Source: Ignavibacteriota bacterium | GTDB lineage: Bacteria > Bacteroidota > Ignavibacteria > UBA10030 | Reading direction: 5' to 3' | NCBI GenBank assembly: GCA_963701295.1 | Contig: OY969585.1 | Span: 1,376,001-1,440,000 of the forward strand | Length of the DNA: 64,000 nt | Part shown: positions 37,851 to 49,690 of the stretch, piece by piece | Position numbering within the stretch: position 1 is the stretch's first letter | Layout of the letters: every line of letters starts with the position of its first letter | Made by a program: the position numbers and the translations under genes | The notes under the pieces: model-generated | Told to the model about the DNA's origin: nothing | The model's input: only the letters and a program-made list of their open reading frames with translations | Databases searched by the model: none

Positions 37851-38714
37851 GTGGGGGATGAAAGATTTGTGTTGAATAACATCATCAATCGGGTTCGTTG
37901 CCGATTCCACCTACTTTGTTTTTCTTTTCTCTCACGGGATGCGCTGGTCAAGTCCCTTGTCGAGAAACTCCGCTCCACAGGGTTTGATTTTGTACAGTTC
38001 GAAAAAGCTCTTCAATTCAGGCCACGAAAGTGGAAACTATTTCTTCAAGCACTGATCCATCGTTCGTACCTTCAACTCATCGATGAGCGTTGGGAATCGA
38101 ATGAACGATTGGAGTTTCTTGGTGATGCAATTCTCAGTTTTGTTGTTGCCGAACATCTCTACAGAACCTATCCTGAAATGGAAGAGGGGAATTTGACTAA
38201 ATTACGGTCACGATTGGTTAATCGGAAAATCTTAGCACAGCGTTCAAAAGACCTGCATTTGTCTGATTTTTTATTGCTTAGTACGAGTGCCGCACAATCT
38301 ATCGACAGCGGATCTGAATCGATCATCGCGGATGCGTTTGAATCCATCATTGGAGCCTTGTATTTGGATGGAGGATTTGCGGCGGCAAAGAGGTTCATCT
38401 ATGCGTCTTTGTTGGAGAATCCAGAAGTGTTCAACTCAGCCATGATGGACGATAACTATAAAAGTGCGCTGTTAGAATTTGTACAAGCCCGTTCATTGGG
38501 TATTCCACGCTATTCAGTTACCCAGGAAGAAGGTCCTGAACATGACAGGCGTTTTACGGTGGAAGTTACTATAGGTGCGCATTCATGGGGTGTTGGATCC
38601 GGGCGAAGTAAAAAAGAGGCTGAACAGTCTGCTGCTGCTGCTGCCCTTGAGCGTATCCAAAAACAAAAAGTAAATTCCCATCCTGAGAATGTACATGAAA
38701 CATCGGCAAAGTGA
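37851..38714 (+). CDS. rnc: ribonuclease III
   Basis: [25 protein letters not shown]-terminal dsRBD; exact start uncertain. Confidence 0.93.
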   Translation: MGDERFVLNNIINRVRCRFHLLCFSFLSRDALVKSLVEKLRSTGFDFVQFEKALQFRPRKWKLFLQALIHRSYLQLIDERWESNERLEFLGDAILSFVVAEHLYRTYPEMEEGNLTKLRSRLVNRKILAQRSKDLHLSDFLLLSTSAAQSIDSGSESIIADAFESIIGALYLDGGFAAAKRFIYASLLENPEVFNSAMMDDNYKSALLEFVQARSLGIPRYSVTQEEGPEHDRRFTVEVTIGAHSWGVGSGRSKKEAEQSAAAAALERIQKQKVNSHPENVHETSAK

Positions 38715-41589
38715 ATTCCTTGTGCGGCATCTTGGCCCGCGTGAGCAAGAGGTGACCGAGATGCTCAAGATCATCGGTGTCCGTTCAATCGATGAACTGA
38801 TCGACCAGACTATTCCTGACGGCATCCGAAAAAAGCAACAGATCCAAATGGAGCCTGCGAAAACAGAGTTCGAGATGCTCAAAGAACTCCGTGAGATCGC
38901 GAAGAAGAATGTAGTGCTTCAATCGTGTCTTGGTCAGGGCTATTACAACTGCATAACACCAAGTGTGATACAACGAAATATTTTTGAAAACCCAGGCTGG
39001 TATACGCAGTACACGCCGTATCAGCCGGAAATTTCGCAGGGGCGGCTTGAGGCTCTCTTGAATTTTCAAACTATGGTTGCAGACCTTACCGGAATGCCCG
39101 TCGCGAATGCCTCACTCCTCGATGAAGGCACTGCAGCTGCTGAAGCAATGGCAATGGCTTATGGAATTGTGAACAAGTCTCCCCAAGGAACGTCGAATAA
39201 ATTCTTTGTCTCAGCACGCTGCTTTCGCCAAACGATTGACGTTGTCCTTACGCGTGCAACACCGCACAATATTGAAGTCGTTGTTGGCAATCCTGAAACG
39301 GTGAGCTTCGACAATACATTCTTCGGCGCACTGGTTCAATATCCGGGAGAAGATGGAGCGGTAGTCAATCTGCGGCCGTTCATCAAGAAAGTGCATGATG
39401 CCGGTGCTGTAGCGATCATGGCAACAGATTTGCTCGCATTAGCATTGCTCACACCGCCGGGTGAATTTGATGCAGACATTGTCATTGGCAACTCTCAACG
39501 TTTCGGAATTCCTCTTGGCTACGGTGGACCGCATGCGGCGTTCTTCGCAACAAAGAACGAATATATCCGTACGATGCCCGGCCGCATCATCGGTGTCTCT
39601 CTTGACGCTCAGAAGAACACTGCGTATCGCATGACACTCCAGACACGTGAGCAGCACATTCGCCGCGAGAAAGCGACATCGAACATTTGCACTGCGCAGG
39701 CATTGCTGGCAATTATGTCGGGCATGTACGCCGTCTATCACGGAGAAGAAGGCATCAAGAATATTGCCTCACGCGTTCATCGCTTGACAATGTTGATGGA
39801 AGTTGAATTAAAGAAACGTGGTTTCGTACAGCTAAACGAAAATTATTTTGACACGCTACGGATTCAGGTTGCCGACAAGAAGCATGCAGAACGCATTCTT
39901 CAACTTGCCGTCAAGGCAGGATACAACCTGCGATTTATAGAAGATAAGTACATTGGCATCTCGTTGGATGAAACATCCACACTCGAAGACATTGAAACAA
40001 TTCTGAACGCATTTACACAGATAAAGGGAGAACCGGTCAAAGCGGGCTCTCTTGATGATTCCTTTGGAGCGATAGCGGTTTCGTATCCGTCTCAGTTTCA
40101 ACGCACGACCACATTTCTTCAGCATCCGATATTTCATTCGTATCAATCTGAAACAGCAATGATGCGATATATCAAAAGTCTGGAAAATAAAGACCTTTCG
40201 CTTACTGCTTCCATGATTCCACTTGGTTCCTGCACTATGAAGCTGAATGCCGCGACGGAATTGCTTCCACTTACGTGGCCGGAATTTGCCTGCATACATC
40301 CGTTTGTGCCGGTCGAACAGGCAATGGGATATTATAAAATCTTTCGAGAATTGGAAAAAGCACTCTGCAAAACAACGGGTTTTGCATCAGTGTCGCTTCA
40401 GCCAAATTCCGGGGCACAGGGTGAGTTCGCAGGTCTTCTTGTTATTCGTGCGTATCATCAAGATCACGGACAGCCCCAGCGTGTTGTGACACTTATTCCG
40501 TCATCCGCACATGGAACAAATCCTGCAAGTGCAGTGATGGCGGGAATGAACGTTGTTGTTGTCAATTGTGATGCGCAGGGTAATATTGATGTAGATGATC
40601 TTCGCGCTAAGGCAGTTCAGCACAGAGAGACACTTGCTGCGTTGATGGTGACGTACCCATCCACCCATGGCGTGTTTGAGGAACGCATCAAAGAAATGTG
40701 TAACATCGTTCATCAAAACGGCGGTTTGGTATATATGGATGGCGCAAATCTCAATGCGCAAGTCGGACTTACGTCTCCCGCTGAAATCGGCGCCGATGTG
40801 TGTCATATCAATTTGCATAAGACTTTTGCTATTCCACATGGCGGTGGTGGACCAGGTATGGGACCGATTTGCGTGACGAAACAGCTTGCACCTTACTTGC
40901 CCGGACATCCAATTGTGAAAGTCGGCGGAGAGAAAGCAGTCCACGCAGTATCTTCTGCGCCGTGGGGAAGCGCGAACATTTTGCTTATCTCGTATGCCTA
41001 TATCAAGATGCTTGGAATCGAAGGGTTAACGGATGTGACCAAAATTGCAATCCTCAATGCCAACTATCTGAAATCTCAACTGGAAAAACACTTTCCCGTT
41101 CTCTATCAAGGCAAGAACGGCAGAGTGGGGCATGAGTTTATATTAAACATGAAACAGTTCAAAGAACAGACAGGCATCGAAGTGGAAGATATTGCCAAAC
41201 GGCTTATGGATTATGGTTTCCATGCGCCGACCGTATCGTTCCCTGTACATGATACACTGATGATTGAACCGACGGAAAGCGAACCAAAGGCTGAACTTGA
41301 TCGTTTTGTTGATGCGATGATTGCTATTCGGAAAGAATTACAGGATATCGTCGACGGCACATCAGACAAGACCGACAATCCGCTGAAGAATGCACCGCAT
41401 ACAGCTGTGACGGTAACGAGCAATTCATGGAATCATCTATATTCCCGTGAACAGGCTGTGTTTCCAATTCCATCGCTGAAGAAGAATAAGTTCTGGCCGT
41501 CCGTTGGGCGGATCAACAATACGTATGGCGATCGGAATATCTTTTGTACATGTCCACCAGTGGAAGAATACAAAGAAAAATCAACGTAA
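38695..41589 (+). CDS. gcvP: glycine dehydrogenase (decarboxylating), single-chain P protein
   Basis: [48 protein letters not shown]. Confidence 0.97.
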   Translation: MKHRQSEFLVRHLGPREQEVTEMLKIIGVRSIDELIDQTIPDGIRKKQQIQMEPAKTEFEMLKELREIAKKNVVLQSCLGQGYYNCITPSVIQRNIFENPGWYTQYTPYQPEISQGRLEALLNFQTMVADLTGMPVANASLLDEGTAAAEAMAMAYGIVNKSPQGTSNKFFVSARCFRQTIDVVLTRATPHNIEVVVGNPETVSFDNTFFGALVQYPGEDGAVVNLRPFIKKVHDAGAVAIMATDLLALALLTPPGEFDADIVIGNSQRFGIPLGYGGPHAAFFATKNEYIRTMPGRIIGVSLDAQKNTAYRMTLQTREQHIRREKATSNICTAQALLAIMSGMYAVYHGEEGIKNIASRVHRLTMLMEVELKKRGFVQLNENYFDTLRIQVADKKHAERILQLAVKAGYNLRFIEDKYIGISLDETSTLEDIETILNAFTQIKGEPVKAGSLDDSFGAIAVSYPSQFQRTTTFLQHPIFHSYQSETAMMRYIKSLENKDLSLTASMIPLGSCTMKLNAATELLPLTWPEFACIHPFVPVEQAMGYYKIFRELEKALCKTTGFASVSLQPNSGAQGEFAGLLVIRAYHQDHGQPQRVVTLIPSSAHGTNPASAVMAGMNVVVVNCDAQGNIDVDDLRAKAVQHRETLAALMVTYPSTHGVFEERIKEMCNIVHQNGGLVYMDGANLNAQVGLTSPAEIGADVCHINLHKTFAIPHGGGGPGMGPICVTKQLAPYLPGHPIVKVGGEKAVHAVSSAPWGSANILLISYAYIKMLGIEGLTDVTKIAILNANYLKSQLEKHFPVLYQGKNGRVGHEFILNMKQFKEQTGIEVEDIAKRLMDYGFHAPTVSFPVHDTLMIEPTESEPKAELDRFVDAMIAIRKELQDIVDGTSDKTDNPLKNAPHTAVTVTSNSWNHLYSREQAVFPIPSLKKNKFWPSVGRINNTYGDRNIFCTCPPVEEYKEKST

Positions 41590-41629
41590 TCGGTTTTGAG
41601 GTACTATCTGTGTATTCAGAGAAATCACA

Positions 41630-42040
41630 ATGCCTATTGAAGACGATAAAAAGATCATAGAAATCTTCTCAACCGCAAAAACCATCGCTGTAGTCGGCGC
41701 ATCCAGCAAGCCGTTACGCGATAGTCATCGTATCACGCAGTACCTGAAGCGAGAAGGATACGATGTTCTTCCTGTCAACCCGATGTACACAGAAATTGAT
41801 GGCGAGAAATGTTATCCTAATCTTACATCCATCGAAAAACCGATTGATATTGTGGACGTGTTCCGTAATCCGGATGCAGTGGATGAGATTGTCGCAGAGG
41901 CGATTACGGTGAAGGCAAAAACCATCTGGCTCCAGCTTGGTGTTGTCAATGCGGCGGCGGCAAGGAAGGCTGAGAAAGCCGGTCTTCAAGTGGTTATGGA
42001 TCATTGTATCGCAATCGACCACTCCCGCTTGACGCGATAA
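41630..42040 (+). CDS. CoA-binding domain protein (YccU-like)
   Basis: IAVVGAS, PVNP, IDIVDVFR, WLQLG, VMDHC. Confidence 0.9.
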   Translation: MPIEDDKKIIEIFSTAKTIAVVGASSKPLRDSHRITQYLKREGYDVLPVNPMYTEIDGEKCYPNLTSIEKPIDIVDVFRNPDAVDEIVAEAITVKAKTIWLQLGVVNAAAARKAEKAGLQVVMDHCIAIDHSRLTR

Positions 42041-42071
42041 GAGACGCAAGCGAGAACATGCAGAACGGTGG

Positions 42072-43403
42072 TTGCTTTATAGTAAGAAGGATATTTCAAT
42101 TTGGAGATCTGTGATAAAACATTCAAAATTGCTGTTGTTGGGTTTCATATTCACCTCTTCGCTTGAAGCACGGTGGGTGTCTGATTCCATTTTGACTGTA
42201 AATGACATACAAATACTTGGCAACCATACAACGAAGGAATATGTTATTCTCCGCGAAATGTCCATACAACCAGGTGATACATTGACACAAGAAGCGATCG
42301 AACGCGATCGAAATAATATTTACAATCTTGGCCTCTTCAATAAAGTAGATGTAGAATATTCTGTTCGTCAAAATACTGCATCAGTCTTTGTTATTGTCTC
42401 AGAACGATGGTATTTTGTTCCGTATCCGATACTAGGAATGAAATATCGTGACCCGTCAAAGCTGTATTACGGAGCGGGAGTGATGGACCAAAATTTTCGC
42501 GGACGCAATGAGAAGGTGTACGCAAGCTTCGGTTTTGGGTACGATCGGTGGTCCATGTTGAATTATCAAAATCCAAAAGTGACGGACAATGATGATATTT
42601 ATTTCAGTGGAGCATTCGCGGTCCAAAAAGTGCACAACCTGAGCAGCAGTTACGGTGAATATGAGAATTCAAATATTTTCTTGAATGGAACTATTGGAAA
42701 ACGTTTTGGTTTGTATCAAACGTTTTCCGGCACAGTGGGGTATGAAGTTTGGCAGGTCAACGAACCGCAAATGGACCGTACCGTTTCATCATCGGGACGC
42801 GATGCATTCCTCACAGCATCCATACAGTATAGGTATGATACACGGGACAACCGTGAATATACAACGGATGGTTCACTGATCTCACTCGGCATAAGTAAGA
42901 GCGGATTCGGGGAATCGGAAATGAACCTGACCGGATGCGCATACGACTTACGGCAGTTCTTTGGATTCAACAGCGGGAGCGCTCTTGGTGTACGAACAAT
43001 AGGATCGTTTACTTGGGGCGGGGTGATTCCTCCGTACCGGCATGTCTTTTTCGGATACGATGAGCGTATCCGCGGATTCTTCTACAAGACATTTGAAGCA
43101 GAAAATAGAATAGGCATGAACGCCGAACTACGGTTACCAATTCTTATGCCGCGTTACCTTGAGATTAATTCCTTCGGTATTCCCGAGTTCCAAAAACTAC
43201 GCTACGGTCTGTACTTTGCCATCTTTGCCGATGCAGGAAAACTGTGGTCGCGTCATCAGGTCTTGTCGGAACAACCGTGGTATTCCGGTGTGGGTGCTGT
43301 ATTTCAATTTCTCTTACCATATGGATTCAATATTCAAACGGGGGCAGCGTTCAATAATCTCGGAACCACGGAAGAATTCATCGACTTTGATACATCATTT
43401 TAG
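42072..43403 (+). CDS. Omp85/BamA-TamA family outer-membrane protein with a single POTRA domain
   Basis: GNHTTKEYVILRE POTRA, NFRGRNE, YDTRD, IRGF, FADAG, terminal Phe. Confidence 0.8.
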   Translation: MLYSKKDISIWRSVIKHSKLLLLGFIFTSSLEARWVSDSILTVNDIQILGNHTTKEYVILREMSIQPGDTLTQEAIERDRNNIYNLGLFNKVDVEYSVRQNTASVFVIVSERWYFVPYPILGMKYRDPSKLYYGAGVMDQNFRGRNEKVYASFGFGYDRWSMLNYQNPKVTDNDDIYFSGAFAVQKVHNLSSSYGEYENSNIFLNGTIGKRFGLYQTFSGTVGYEVWQVNEPQMDRTVSSSGRDAFLTASIQYRYDTRDNREYTTDGSLISLGISKSGFGESEMNLTGCAYDLRQFFGFNSGSALGVRTIGSFTWGGVIPPYRHVFFGYDERIRGFFYKTFEAENRIGMNAELRLPILMPRYLEINSFGIPEFQKLRYGLYFAIFADAGKLWSRHQVLSEQPWYSGVGAVFQFLLPYGFNIQTGAAFNNLGTTEEFIDFDTSF

Positions 43404-43417
43404 TTGAGTCATCATCC

Positions 43418-44128
43418 ATGGATTACTTTTATGTCAAACAGGAAGATATCAGCAGCCACGGATTAATTCTTCGTGGCGATGAATCAAAGCATCTTATCCG
43501 CGTGATGCGGAAGAATATCGGCGACCGCATCTTTGTCACCGACGGCAATGATACAATGTACGAAGCAGTGATTGTCGGATATGGAAAGACAGACGCACGG
43601 TGCGATATCGCTGCAATGCACAGGAAGTACAATGAACTATCTCTTGATGTAACACTTGCAGTCTCACTGCTTAAAAACCCGGCCCGGTTCGATTATCTCG
43701 TAGAAAAAGCAACGGAGCTCGGCGTGCGAATGATCATTCCGCTGCTCAGTGAAAGAACCATCCCGCAGCACGAGAAGCATGACCGTTTAGAAAAAATTGC
43801 TCTTGCTGCAATGAAGCAATGCGGACGAAGTTGGTTACCACGGATTCAACCGCTGCAAAAATACGAATTCGTGGTAGGCAATTCGTCACACTGGCCGTTG
43901 AAATTTATCCCTCACGAAAAGACCGATTCCCTTCAGACTATCTCATTGGAGCTGAATCGTCACGATGATGTCCATTCGCTTCTCATTACTATTGGACCTG
44001 AGGGTGGATTCTCGGAAGATGAAGTGGCTCTTGCCGAACACAATGGATTCAAACTCATATCCCTCGGCTCGCGTCGTCTGCGGACAGAAACTGCAGCGGT
44101 AGTAACTATGGCAGAACTACTGAAGTAA
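43418..44128 (+). CDS. rsmE: 16S rRNA m3U1498 methyltransferase
   Basis: HLIRVMR, EKATELGV, AMKQCGR, IGPEGGFS, LGSRRLRTETA. Confidence 0.95.
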   Translation: MDYFYVKQEDISSHGLILRGDESKHLIRVMRKNIGDRIFVTDGNDTMYEAVIVGYGKTDARCDIAAMHRKYNELSLDVTLAVSLLKNPARFDYLVEKATELGVRMIIPLLSERTIPQHEKHDRLEKIALAAMKQCGRSWLPRIQPLQKYEFVVGNSSHWPLKFIPHEKTDSLQTISLELNRHDDVHSLLITIGPEGGFSEDEVALAEHNGFKLISLGSRRLRTETAAVVTMAELLK

Positions 44129-44161
44129 AGTTTCCATTACCATCATTTTGATTATGCGATA

Positions 44162-44791
44162 TCAAAAAATGTAGCCGGCTCCCAAAGAGAAATCCGCTCC
44201 GTTGTAGTTCATCCTTCCCCCAATAGCAGTTTCAAAATCTGCCATCAGATGATACCCCACGTTGGCATTCAGCTTGAAATGATTGCTAAGGAAGAAATCG
44301 ATACCCACGCCAAGGCGTCCGCCAAATGTGGTTTCTGTATGTGCTTGCTGTGAAAGCAATGTATTCTTTGCCTCTGATCCGAAGTAAGTCCCAACCGCTG
44401 CTGAAAGAAATGGGCGAACATTGTCGCTAGGCTCAGGTACGTAAAACCGAATGCCAAGCAGTAGTGGAATAACAGCACTTGCTTGCTGTGTGACATTGAA
44501 AGCGCTGATGGTAGAACTTGCTTGTGCTGTGAGCAAGCTGACCGTTGCCGTCAGTGACAGTTGCTCCCGTAACCAATATGAATAACTGAGACCGCCTGCA
44601 AAACCGCTGGTTTTTGCCTCCGCCTGAATCCCCGTCGTCGCGACTGTGTTTGATGCTTTCGCCCCTCCCCATAAGCCGAGGCCGAGTTCAATTGCAGATC
44701 TGCCTTTAAAAGAAAGATCCTGAGCCGTTAAAACGGAACCTGTTGTAATGAATAGAAGAACCATGGAAAATGTTCTTATCGTGGTCTTCAT
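44162..44791 (-). CDS. outer-membrane beta-barrel protein (OmpA/OmpW-like)
   Basis: GGAGG RBS before ATG 44791, signal peptide, alternating beta strands, RPFL..AVG, terminal YIF. Confidence 0.75.
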   Translation of the reverse strand: MKTTIRTFSMVLLFITTGSVLTAQDLSFKGRSAIELGLGLWGGAKASNTVATTGIQAEAKTSGFAGGLSYSYWLREQLSLTATVSLLTAQASSTISAFNVTQQASAVIPLLLGIRFYVPEPSDNVRPFLSAAVGTYFGSEAKNTLLSQQAHTETTFGGRLGVGIDFFLSNHFKLNANVGYHLMADFETAIGGRMNYNGADFSLGAGYIF

Positions 44792-44910
44792 CGTTGACCT
44801 CCGTTTCGATATTGGAATATCCCTCCGCATTTCATATAGGCGTTGAAACATCAATGTGTGTAAAAATCATTTAATATTTTTATAAAATTCAAAAATCCAA
44901 TATGTTGCGT

Positions 44911-45096
44911 TTATTCTTTGTTCCTTTTTGCTGTCAGCGCTGTGACTATTTTGGTCCAAGCAGCACCAACAACTACCCCGCTCACAAACAAACCGAGCAC
45001 CTGAACTGTTCTTACGTTTTCTGTAAACTGTGTTAGTCCTAATACACCGAACACAACCATGATCGCAGCATTTCGTCCAATGAGTTTCATGTCCAT
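44911..45096 (-). CDS. small 2-TM hypothetical protein
   Basis: 61 aa, AAGGAG RBS, two hydrophobic segments. Confidence 0.6.
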   Translation of the reverse strand: MDMKLIGRNAAIMVVFGVLGLTQFTENVRTVQVLGLFVSGVVVGAAWTKIVTALTAKRNKE

Positions 45097-45336
45097 ATTC
45101 TTCTCCTTAACTAAAATGATTTGATTTGAACTAATTTCTTTAAAACAAGTGTTATGAATACAATATATATTACTTTTTAAAAAGATGCGTTTGATTCTTC
45201 CCGCTGTTGCAAATCTCCAGATCTCTCATAAAGAACGAATATGTTGTTTGTGTAAGGCCATCCCCGGATGCGCTCCCGCCGTACGTTTAATTTTTTATGT
45301 TGATGGTATCCTCCTGTAGTGAGATGTATCCGGAAA

Positions 45337-46017
45337 TTACGCGCCACTGCCTGAGTTTGTACCGGCGAGTTGAGCAATATCCTTATTCTCCAGGATCTGT
45401 TTTGCATAGCCAATCCGGACTGCTCGAATCATCGCAATGCCTAAATCTTCTAGTGTGCAAACATTCTTTGGAGATAAGACTTTCCACAACGGATACAACG
45501 ACCCAAGTACTTTGAAGAGTGGCTTTACATTCTTCTGACCTTTGGTTGGTTTCATAAGTCCCGGTCTGAATAGGTACACTGCTTTGAAGGGAAGCATTAT
45601 AAGATGATTTTCCGTTTTCCCTTTTATTCTTGCCCACATACTGCGGCTTTTTTCAGTGCTGTCGGTTCCCGTTCCTGAGATATAACAAAATGTCATATCA
45701 GGATTGAATCCTGACAGGGTTCGTGCAGCCTGCATTGTAAGGTCGTATGTAATCCGGCTATAGTCTTGTTCATTCATTCCTAAAGAAGAAACACCAAGAC
45801 AGAAAAAACAGGCGTTAAAACCTTTGAGATGTTCTCCAATAGTAGAGTAGTCGAAGAAATCTTTATGAAGCAGTTCTTTCAGTTTTTGGTGCTTCACATT
45901 GCACGATCTTCTGCCTATGACCAAGACTGATTCAATATCAGGACATTTGAGAGCTTCGTGGAGAACTCCTTCTCCGACCATTCCTGTAGCTCCGAAGATG
46001 ATAGCTTTGATTTTCAT
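45337..46017 (-). CDS. NAD(P)-binding epimerase/atypical SDR family protein
   Basis: IFGATGMVG, ACFFCLG, WARIKGKTEN, FRPG. Confidence 0.85.
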   Translation of the reverse strand: MKIKAIIFGATGMVGEGVLHEALKCPDIESVLVIGRRSCNVKHQKLKELLHKDFFDYSTIGEHLKGFNACFFCLGVSSLGMNEQDYSRITYDLTMQAARTLSGFNPDMTFCYISGTGTDSTEKSRSMWARIKGKTENHLIMLPFKAVYLFRPGLMKPTKGQKNVKPLFKVLGSLYPLWKVLSPKNVCTLEDLGIAMIRAVRIGYAKQILENKDIAQLAGTNSGSGA

Positions 46018-46076
46018 TGTCACGTTATGATTCCCTTTAGACATTCTGTTTTTCAGTGCTGTGCACCGTTTTATTG

Positions 46077-47483
46077 TCACATGTGAAAATCTCGAACTCT
46101 TGGATCGAGAATAATATCAGAATACTTCAAAGGAGCATTGAGATACACACCTTCGTATGACCTGCAGCGGCTCAGTGCCACGTATGCTTGCCCATGTGCG
46201 AATGCACCATATCCCAGATTAATGATGACCTTGTCAAAAGTTTTGCCTTGACTTTTGTGAATGGTAATTGCCCATGCAAGTTTTATCGGGTATTGACGGA
46301 ACGAGCCTGTCACGATGGATTCGATACTGTGATAAGTACGGTCGTACTCGTATACCGATTTTTCCCAGCTAGTTTGTTCGATCGTATGGACAATGCTGCC
46401 GAAAGAAACTTTAATGGAATCATGGGAGATATGCTGTATGACGCCAAGAGTTCCATTGACCCAGCGTTTGTTCGGGTCATTTTTGACCATCATCACTTGG
46501 GCTCCTTTTCGCAGCTTGAGTTTCTTGTCGGTCGGTTGCGATTTTTCATCGAAGTCTCCTTCGATAACTGCGTCGAAATTAAATTCCTGAGACGGTAATG
46601 CAGAAAGCCGCTGCAGATTGATCGCTGAGGCAAGCGCGTTGGTGCTGGTGAGAGTTATGGCGAGATCATGCGTGTTGAATTTCAAAGAAGGTTTGTGCCT
46701 CTGATTGATCTTCTCCAGATCGGACAGCTCGATTTCTTTGTTGCGTACCTTATTCAGAAGCTGAATAAACTCAGGGTCGTTTTGCCGAAATACGTGCTGC
46801 AGTTCTATTTTCTGCAGGCGGATTTCGCTGAACACTTTTGCGCTGAAAAAATATGGAGTCAAGTAGTTATCTTCGAAGTATTCTCCGAGATCCTTTTCGA
46901 CAACCGGCGGAAGCTGGAATAGGTCGCCGATGAGGACGAGTTGAACACCTCCAAAAGGATCATACGGCCGATTGCGGTTTAGCCGGAGGGACGCATCGAT
47001 TGCATCCATCATATCTGCTCGCACCATGGAGACTTCATCAATAATGAGAGTCTCGAGAGCAGCGAACAGGTCTGCTTTACCTCGTATTTTTTTGACATCG
47101 TCCAATGTAATGAGGCGTGTAGGAAAGCGGAAGAACGAATGAATCGTTGAGCCGCCGATATTGACTGCAGCAATTCCTGTGGGGGCAAGTACAACGGTTT
47201 TCTTTTGCGTTTTTTCTTTGAAGTACTGAAGGAGTGTCGACTTTCCCGTTCCCGCATTGCCGGTAACATAGTAGTGGTGTTTTGTGCGTTCAAGCATATC
47301 GAATGCGGTCGAAAACTCACGCGTCAATTCAAAGTCCGAAGGAATACCTGCAACGGAGGAAAAAGCAAGTTCTTTCTTCGGTTTCTTTGACTTCGTTGGT
47401 GATTCGGGTGGAGGTGCCGGTGTCTTGGGGGGTTTGGGGGAGAGCTTCGCTGATCGTTTCAAAGGACTTGAACTCTTCTTCAA
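46077..47483 (-). CDS. Pif1-family (SF1B) DNA helicase
   Basis: TGNAGTGKS, APTGIAA, TIHSFF, IIDEVSM, GDLFQLPPV, AITIHKSQG, YVALSR. Confidence 0.88.
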   Translation of the reverse strand: MKKSSSPLKRSAKLSPKPPKTPAPPPESPTKSKKPKKELAFSSVAGIPSDFELTREFSTAFDMLERTKHHYYVTGNAGTGKSTLLQYFKEKTQKKTVVLAPTGIAAVNIGGSTIHSFFRFPTRLITLDDVKKIRGKADLFAALETLIIDEVSMVRADMMDAIDASLRLNRNRPYDPFGGVQLVLIGDLFQLPPVVEKDLGEYFEDNYLTPYFFSAKVFSEIRLQKIELQHVFRQNDPEFIQLLNKVRNKEIELSDLEKINQRHKPSLKFNTHDLAITLTSTNALASAINLQRLSALPSQEFNFDAVIEGDFDEKSQPTDKKLKLRKGAQVMMVKNDPNKRWVNGTLGVIQHISHDSIKVSFGSIVHTIEQTSWEKSVYEYDRTYHSIESIVTGSFRQYPIKLAWAITIHKSQGKTFDKVIINLGYGAFAHGQAYVALSRCRSYEGVYLNAPLKYSDIILDPRVRDFHM

Positions 47484-47698
47484 AATAAATAATTACTAAG
47501 GTTAGCTATGGTGTTAGAAGTTTGCTTCTGACAAATCCTTTTTCCTAAAAATTACATTACTTCAATTTACAGTAAATTGTGGAGAGGTGCATGGTGTATA
47601 ATAGCAGCAACAAAAATGCCGTTCTGCTTGTCAAATAAAAGAATTAATCTATCGTAGCGGCAAGCCGACTTCATCAATCAACCTTTTATGTTGTGAAC

Positions 47699-48640
47699 TT
47701 ACTTACTCTCAATTCTTGCTCGCCTTGCCTGCCATGAAGCCGACTCTTCCCAAGAGCTTCGGGATTGTTGCATAAGATGCTGGATGATTTGCAGTATCGT
47801 AATTTGCGCATCCGCAAGTATCTTTTGGGTTGAGTAGTTTTTCGAATCAGCAGCATAGTTTGCTGCTATTAATTTCTGATAAAATACTGTGTATCTCGTT
47901 TTCGCGTGATCCACAGATGCACGCCATTGAGGCAGGATTTTTTGGAGCCGTTTATTAGCGATTGCTATATGCTTGTCTGCCGATTTCAATTTTACTTCTT
48001 TCACTTTTACAGGATCGGGTGCGCTCATTTCGCCGGAGCTGATCTGAGGAAGTTTGGCAATTTCGGCAGCTTCCCATAAATCTATTTCTGAGTGTGATTT
48101 ACGGTATTCCTCAACCATTTTTGCTTCTTCTTGCTCCTTAGTAATTGACCGCTGAAATTCATTTTGTGTGTCGTTGTAGATTTTTTGCCATTCGTCTAAG
48201 GCGGCACGGACAGAAGGCGAATCTATTTCAGTCACAGGGCTGCCTGACTGCATGGACTTCATCATTTCCATTGCCATTTTCATTTTCTCTTCCTTGCTCA
48301 TCGTCTTCATCTTCTTCTGCATTTCGGGGTCGCTCATTTTCTTAGCAACTTCGGGAGATAATTCCGGTATTGCAGAACCTGCTGTAGGTTTTGGCTGTGC
48401 CTTAAATTCCGCTTCAACTCCTTTCACATCCTGTTCAATAGGATTGAACAACTTCTCTGCGCTGCATCTCAATTCTCCATAGTTGTTATTTATAATAACC
48501 TTCGCAAAAGCGTCTTGAACGGTCGCAGGCGGTGGTGGAATATTTTCAAGCATCTCCATCAAGTCCTTTTTTATGGGTACTTGAGCCGACAGAGTAAATA
48601 TTGCGGTACTGAGTACGACCATTATTGCAACGGTTCTCAT
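47699..48640 (-). CDS. secreted all-alpha hypothetical protein
   Basis: Signal peptide after GAAAGGA RBS; Met/Lys-rich helical segment; no family recognised. Confidence 0.7.
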   Translation of the reverse strand: MRTVAIMVVLSTAIFTLSAQVPIKKDLMEMLENIPPPPATVQDAFAKVIINNNYGELRCSAEKLFNPIEQDVKGVEAEFKAQPKPTAGSAIPELSPEVAKKMSDPEMQKKMKTMSKEEKMKMAMEMMKSMQSGSPVTEIDSPSVRAALDEWQKIYNDTQNEFQRSITKEQEEAKMVEEYRKSHSEIDLWEAAEIAKLPQISSGEMSAPDPVKVKEVKLKSADKHIAIANKRLQKILPQWRASVDHAKTRYTVFYQKLIAANYAADSKNYSTQKILADAQITILQIIQHLMQQSRSSWEESASWQARRARIESK

Positions 48641-48993
48641 CGAATAGTTCCTTTCATTTGATTTTATTGAGTTGCACATTCATTTTTGGAAGATTCCTGT
48701 TAAATTCCTTTTTCAAATCAGTGTATCGGGAAGCAATTGCATCTAACTATGGTTGCAACGGATAGGGTTCAGCTCCCTAATAAGGAGCATAAAGGTGTAA
48801 AAAATACCTCTTTGTTCGTCTGATTCGCAATATCTCCACGTTTGAACAATTTACCTCTTGTTTGTATTTACATCCAGAATAGCGTTCCTACATACATCAT
48901 ACATCTACCAAAACGACGGCAGACAAGCAGGGGTAAGTAAAAATCAGATTGATAGATGGTAGAAAGTATTTATGTCAGTTGCAATATGCAAAA

Positions 48994-49029
48994 CTTGGTA
49001 GAGGTTCAATATATTGAACCTCTACCAAG
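48994..49029 (-). terminator. perfect 36-bp palindrome, terminator of the hut operon
   Basis: CTTGGTAGAGGTTCAATATATTGAACCTCTACCAAG followed by TTTT on the minus strand, 19 bp after the cyclodeaminase stop. Confidence 0.75.
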
Positions 49030-49047
49030 ATCGTGGACAACAAAAAT

Positions 49048-49680
49048 TCAATATGAAAACAACCGCTCGTTGATCCGGAATAACGTTTGATGCGCAGAAT
49101 TGCTGATGCTTACCTGCAATGAGTTCGTCAATATTCTATTGGATTCAACAAATGACAGGTCTGTTATACTTGCAAGATTGATGCGTACATTCATCGCGGC
49201 TCCTTCGCAGGCAGATCCCAACATCAAGACGGCAACACCGGCATCCGTGAGAGAATTTTTATTCCCTTTTTCGCCCACAATTTTTAGCAGCGCGACTGCC
49301 TCAGCACAGAGTTCCAAGAGCTGGAGAGGAACAACCGTTGCTTCTTTATATGCCGTCTGGATTGCGGCTACACGTTGTGCATCCTGGTCTGTAGTTTCTT
49401 TTGGAAGCCGATAGGCAGCGATGACCTTTTTGAAAGCATTGGTGTCTTCATCAATAAGAGCTGTGAATTTTGCACGAAGTCTTTCGGATTTTATTAAGAC
49501 ACTTTCCAGCTCAAACTGAATGGTGACATTCGTATCTCTTTTCATGGTGAGACGGCACACCATCGATGCTAATGCAACTCCAAGCGATGCCGCAAGAGCA
49601 GAAACGCTTCCACCGCCGGGGGCAGGAGAGTTGGACGCTGTTTCATCAAGAAATTTGGAAACTGAAAGTGAATTAAGCAT
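49048..49680 (-). CDS. formiminotetrahydrofolate cyclodeaminase/cyclohydrolase family protein
   Basis: SNSPAPGGGSVSA, DEDTNAF, VPL, TDAGVA, NVRINL; downstream of the formiminotransferase. Confidence 0.88.
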   Translation of the reverse strand: MLNSLSVSKFLDETASNSPAPGGGSVSALAASLGVALASMVCRLTMKRDTNVTIQFELESVLIKSERLRAKFTALIDEDTNAFKKVIAAYRLPKETTDQDAQRVAAIQTAYKEATVVPLQLLELCAEAVALLKIVGEKGNKNSLTDAGVAVLMLGSACEGAAMNVRINLASITDLSFVESNRILTNSLQVSISNSAHQTLFRINERLFSY

Positions 49681-49690
49681 ACCATATCCT

